This document shows, piece after piece, positions 56,915 through 58,329 of a stretch of 58,329 bases of DNA. The notes beneath the pieces are model-generated. The model did not search any database, was not told the DNA's origin, and saw only the letters and a list, made by a program, of their open reading frames with translations. Origin of the DNA: a virus (lineage: Duplodnaviria; Caudoviricetes); the IMG/VR virus record IMGVR_UViG_3300027833_000059, positions 1 to 58,329 of that record; one strand, 5' to 3'. The position numbers and the translations under genes are program-made. Positions within the stretch are counted from its first letter, which is position 1; every line of letters starts with the position of its first letter.

Positions 56915-56982
56915 TGTAGATGCTTAACAGCGATACGGGTCTGGTACTGAAATAACACCGAAAGAGTAGACTCCAACCTACA
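56915..56982 (+). ncRNA. Structured small RNA, copy 4 of 4 (most diverged)
   Basis: TACCTTTA promoter at 56904; same scaffold with a longer loop. Confidence 0.7.
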
Positions 56983-57280
56983 ACAAATTCAAATAACATC
57001 CCCAGCTATTTAGACTAAATTAAAATAAGAAATTTATTTGGTCAATTCATTTATTTGTTGTATCTTTGTTATGAAGACAGATACAAATCGTATCTAGTCC
57101 AAGTACTAATACAATAAATTCAAATCTATGAAATAAAAAAAGAAAATTTAACACTATAAGTTTGGTATATCAATTTATTTGTTGTACCTTAGCAAAACAT
57201 TATCTCGTCCAATAGAAACGAGACAATAACTTGCACTCTATACTCAACGTATCTAGAGCAATAACTTATACCCAACAACG

Positions 57281-58056
57281 AAATCCCCCAGGAGAAATCT
57301 CAAGGATAATCGAATACATAACTATACAATAAATTTATATGATAACTCATATACACAAATGTGTATATATAACACTATAAATTTAACCTATAATTTAAAA
57401 CAAAATTATAACAAGTATTACTACTGTATTCCAAATTAATATCAATACAGTATACAACACCAATAAACACAAGGAAATATGACAAAATAAAAAACAGGAA
57501 AATATAACAAGTTACTATTATACATAATATGAAATCATATATACAAGATTTTATATACATGTACACAAATGTGTATATATATCAAACATTATAATAGTGC
57601 AAGAAGGTACAATAAAATTTATATGAATTTATATAGCAAAATTACCCTATACTAAATTTAAAGGACATTTGCAAATAATTTCTCAGAATTTTATACAATT
57701 TTTGTTCACAAGTCAGATTAAACTTGCATATGTGGTAGATAAACTTGCATATAGGTTGCATAGGTTACTCATACACTACTCATACATTACTCATACACTA
57801 GTTCTATGGGGATATATAATATGATTTCCTAGGGGGATTTTCTAGTATTTTATTAAATTATAACTCATCCAGGATGAGTTCACGTCATAATCGTACATTT
57901 TACCACATTTACCCACATTTTACCCTATTTCTTTAAAAAGCTATAACGTGCTATCTAAGGGCTTATTTAGGTACCAAATGATATCTATTAGGTACAAGTT
58001 AATAAAGTTTCTTATATGGCTTTATTTTGATATACATGTACACAAATGTGTATATA
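57281..58056. repeat. Non-coding cluster of palindromes and short direct repeats
   Basis: TACACAAATGTGTA x3, TACTCATACA(C/T) x3 at 57766-57798, AAACTTGCATA x2, palindrome AACTCATCC-A-GGATGAGTT at 57862-57880, ACATTT(T)ACC repeats. Confidence 0.8.
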
Positions 58057-58081
58057 GATTACTTATATTATTTTATCTTTA

Positions 58082-58300
58082 TTAGTATCCATATTTTATC
58101 TTTATGCTTAATGTTTGTTGTATTGATTCTTCGGTATTAATTTGTTCCATTACATTTATTGCTATATCTGTATCTAGTTCACATATGATATTACTTATAT
58201 TGCTTAGTGTATCCTTATGGTTTGTTGTTAGGGATAATAGTTCTATTGTATCTTGTTTAATTGCGTTAGCTTTTTGTTGTCTTTCCTTATCTAGTTTCAT
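58082..58300 (-). CDS. Hypothetical protein
   Basis: 72 aa with an A-rich leader. Confidence 0.55.
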   Translation of the reverse strand: MKLDKERQQKANAIKQDTIELLSLTTNHKDTLSNISNIICELDTDIAINVMEQINTEESIQQTLSIKIKYGY

Positions 58301-58329
58301 GTTATTATTATTATTATTGGTGGGTTTTT

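Noticed and set aside
57375-57566. Hydrophobic 63 aa ORF in the right-end region
   Set aside because: Low-complexity AT-rich sequence that starts inside a palindromic repeat and lacks the promoter-leader unit
1-58329. Stop-codon reassignment (alternative genetic code)
   Set aside because: Conserved genes are intact in code 11, and TAG and TGA both end genes normally

Overview
Very AT-rich segment of a large T4-like (jumbo-type) tailed phage. The host is most likely Bacteroidota (probably Flavobacteriia), inferred from the ubiquitous TTTG-N19-21-TAnnTTTG promoters and the lack of Shine-Dalgarno motifs. Bases 1-12 kb hold a minus-strand head morphogenesis module: acidic scaffold-like protein (partial), prohead protease, portal, large terminase and probable internal head proteins. 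Bases 12-27 kb hold thyA, a KTSC protein, a ClpC-type ATPase, a lytic transglycosylase, two RNase H-fold proteins, thioredoxin, nucleases and hypotheticals. A G-rich island at about 27.35 kb marks a sharp boundary. From 27.5 to 56.8 kb lies an array of roughly 60 (hand count) mostly single-gene cassettes, each with its own near-identical host-type promoter and leader, often fused to the terminator of the previous cassette. Embedded in the array are four copies of a 63-68 nt structured RNA with covarying stems and their own promoters, a family of gene-less promoters starting GGUGCC, a further hairpin RNA and a Fur-box-like module. Three split genes rejoin across single-base shifts, two of them at known recoding-type sites. 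The last 1.2 kb is mostly non-coding and rich in palindromes and direct repeats. All calls are by eye from motifs; no database search was run.
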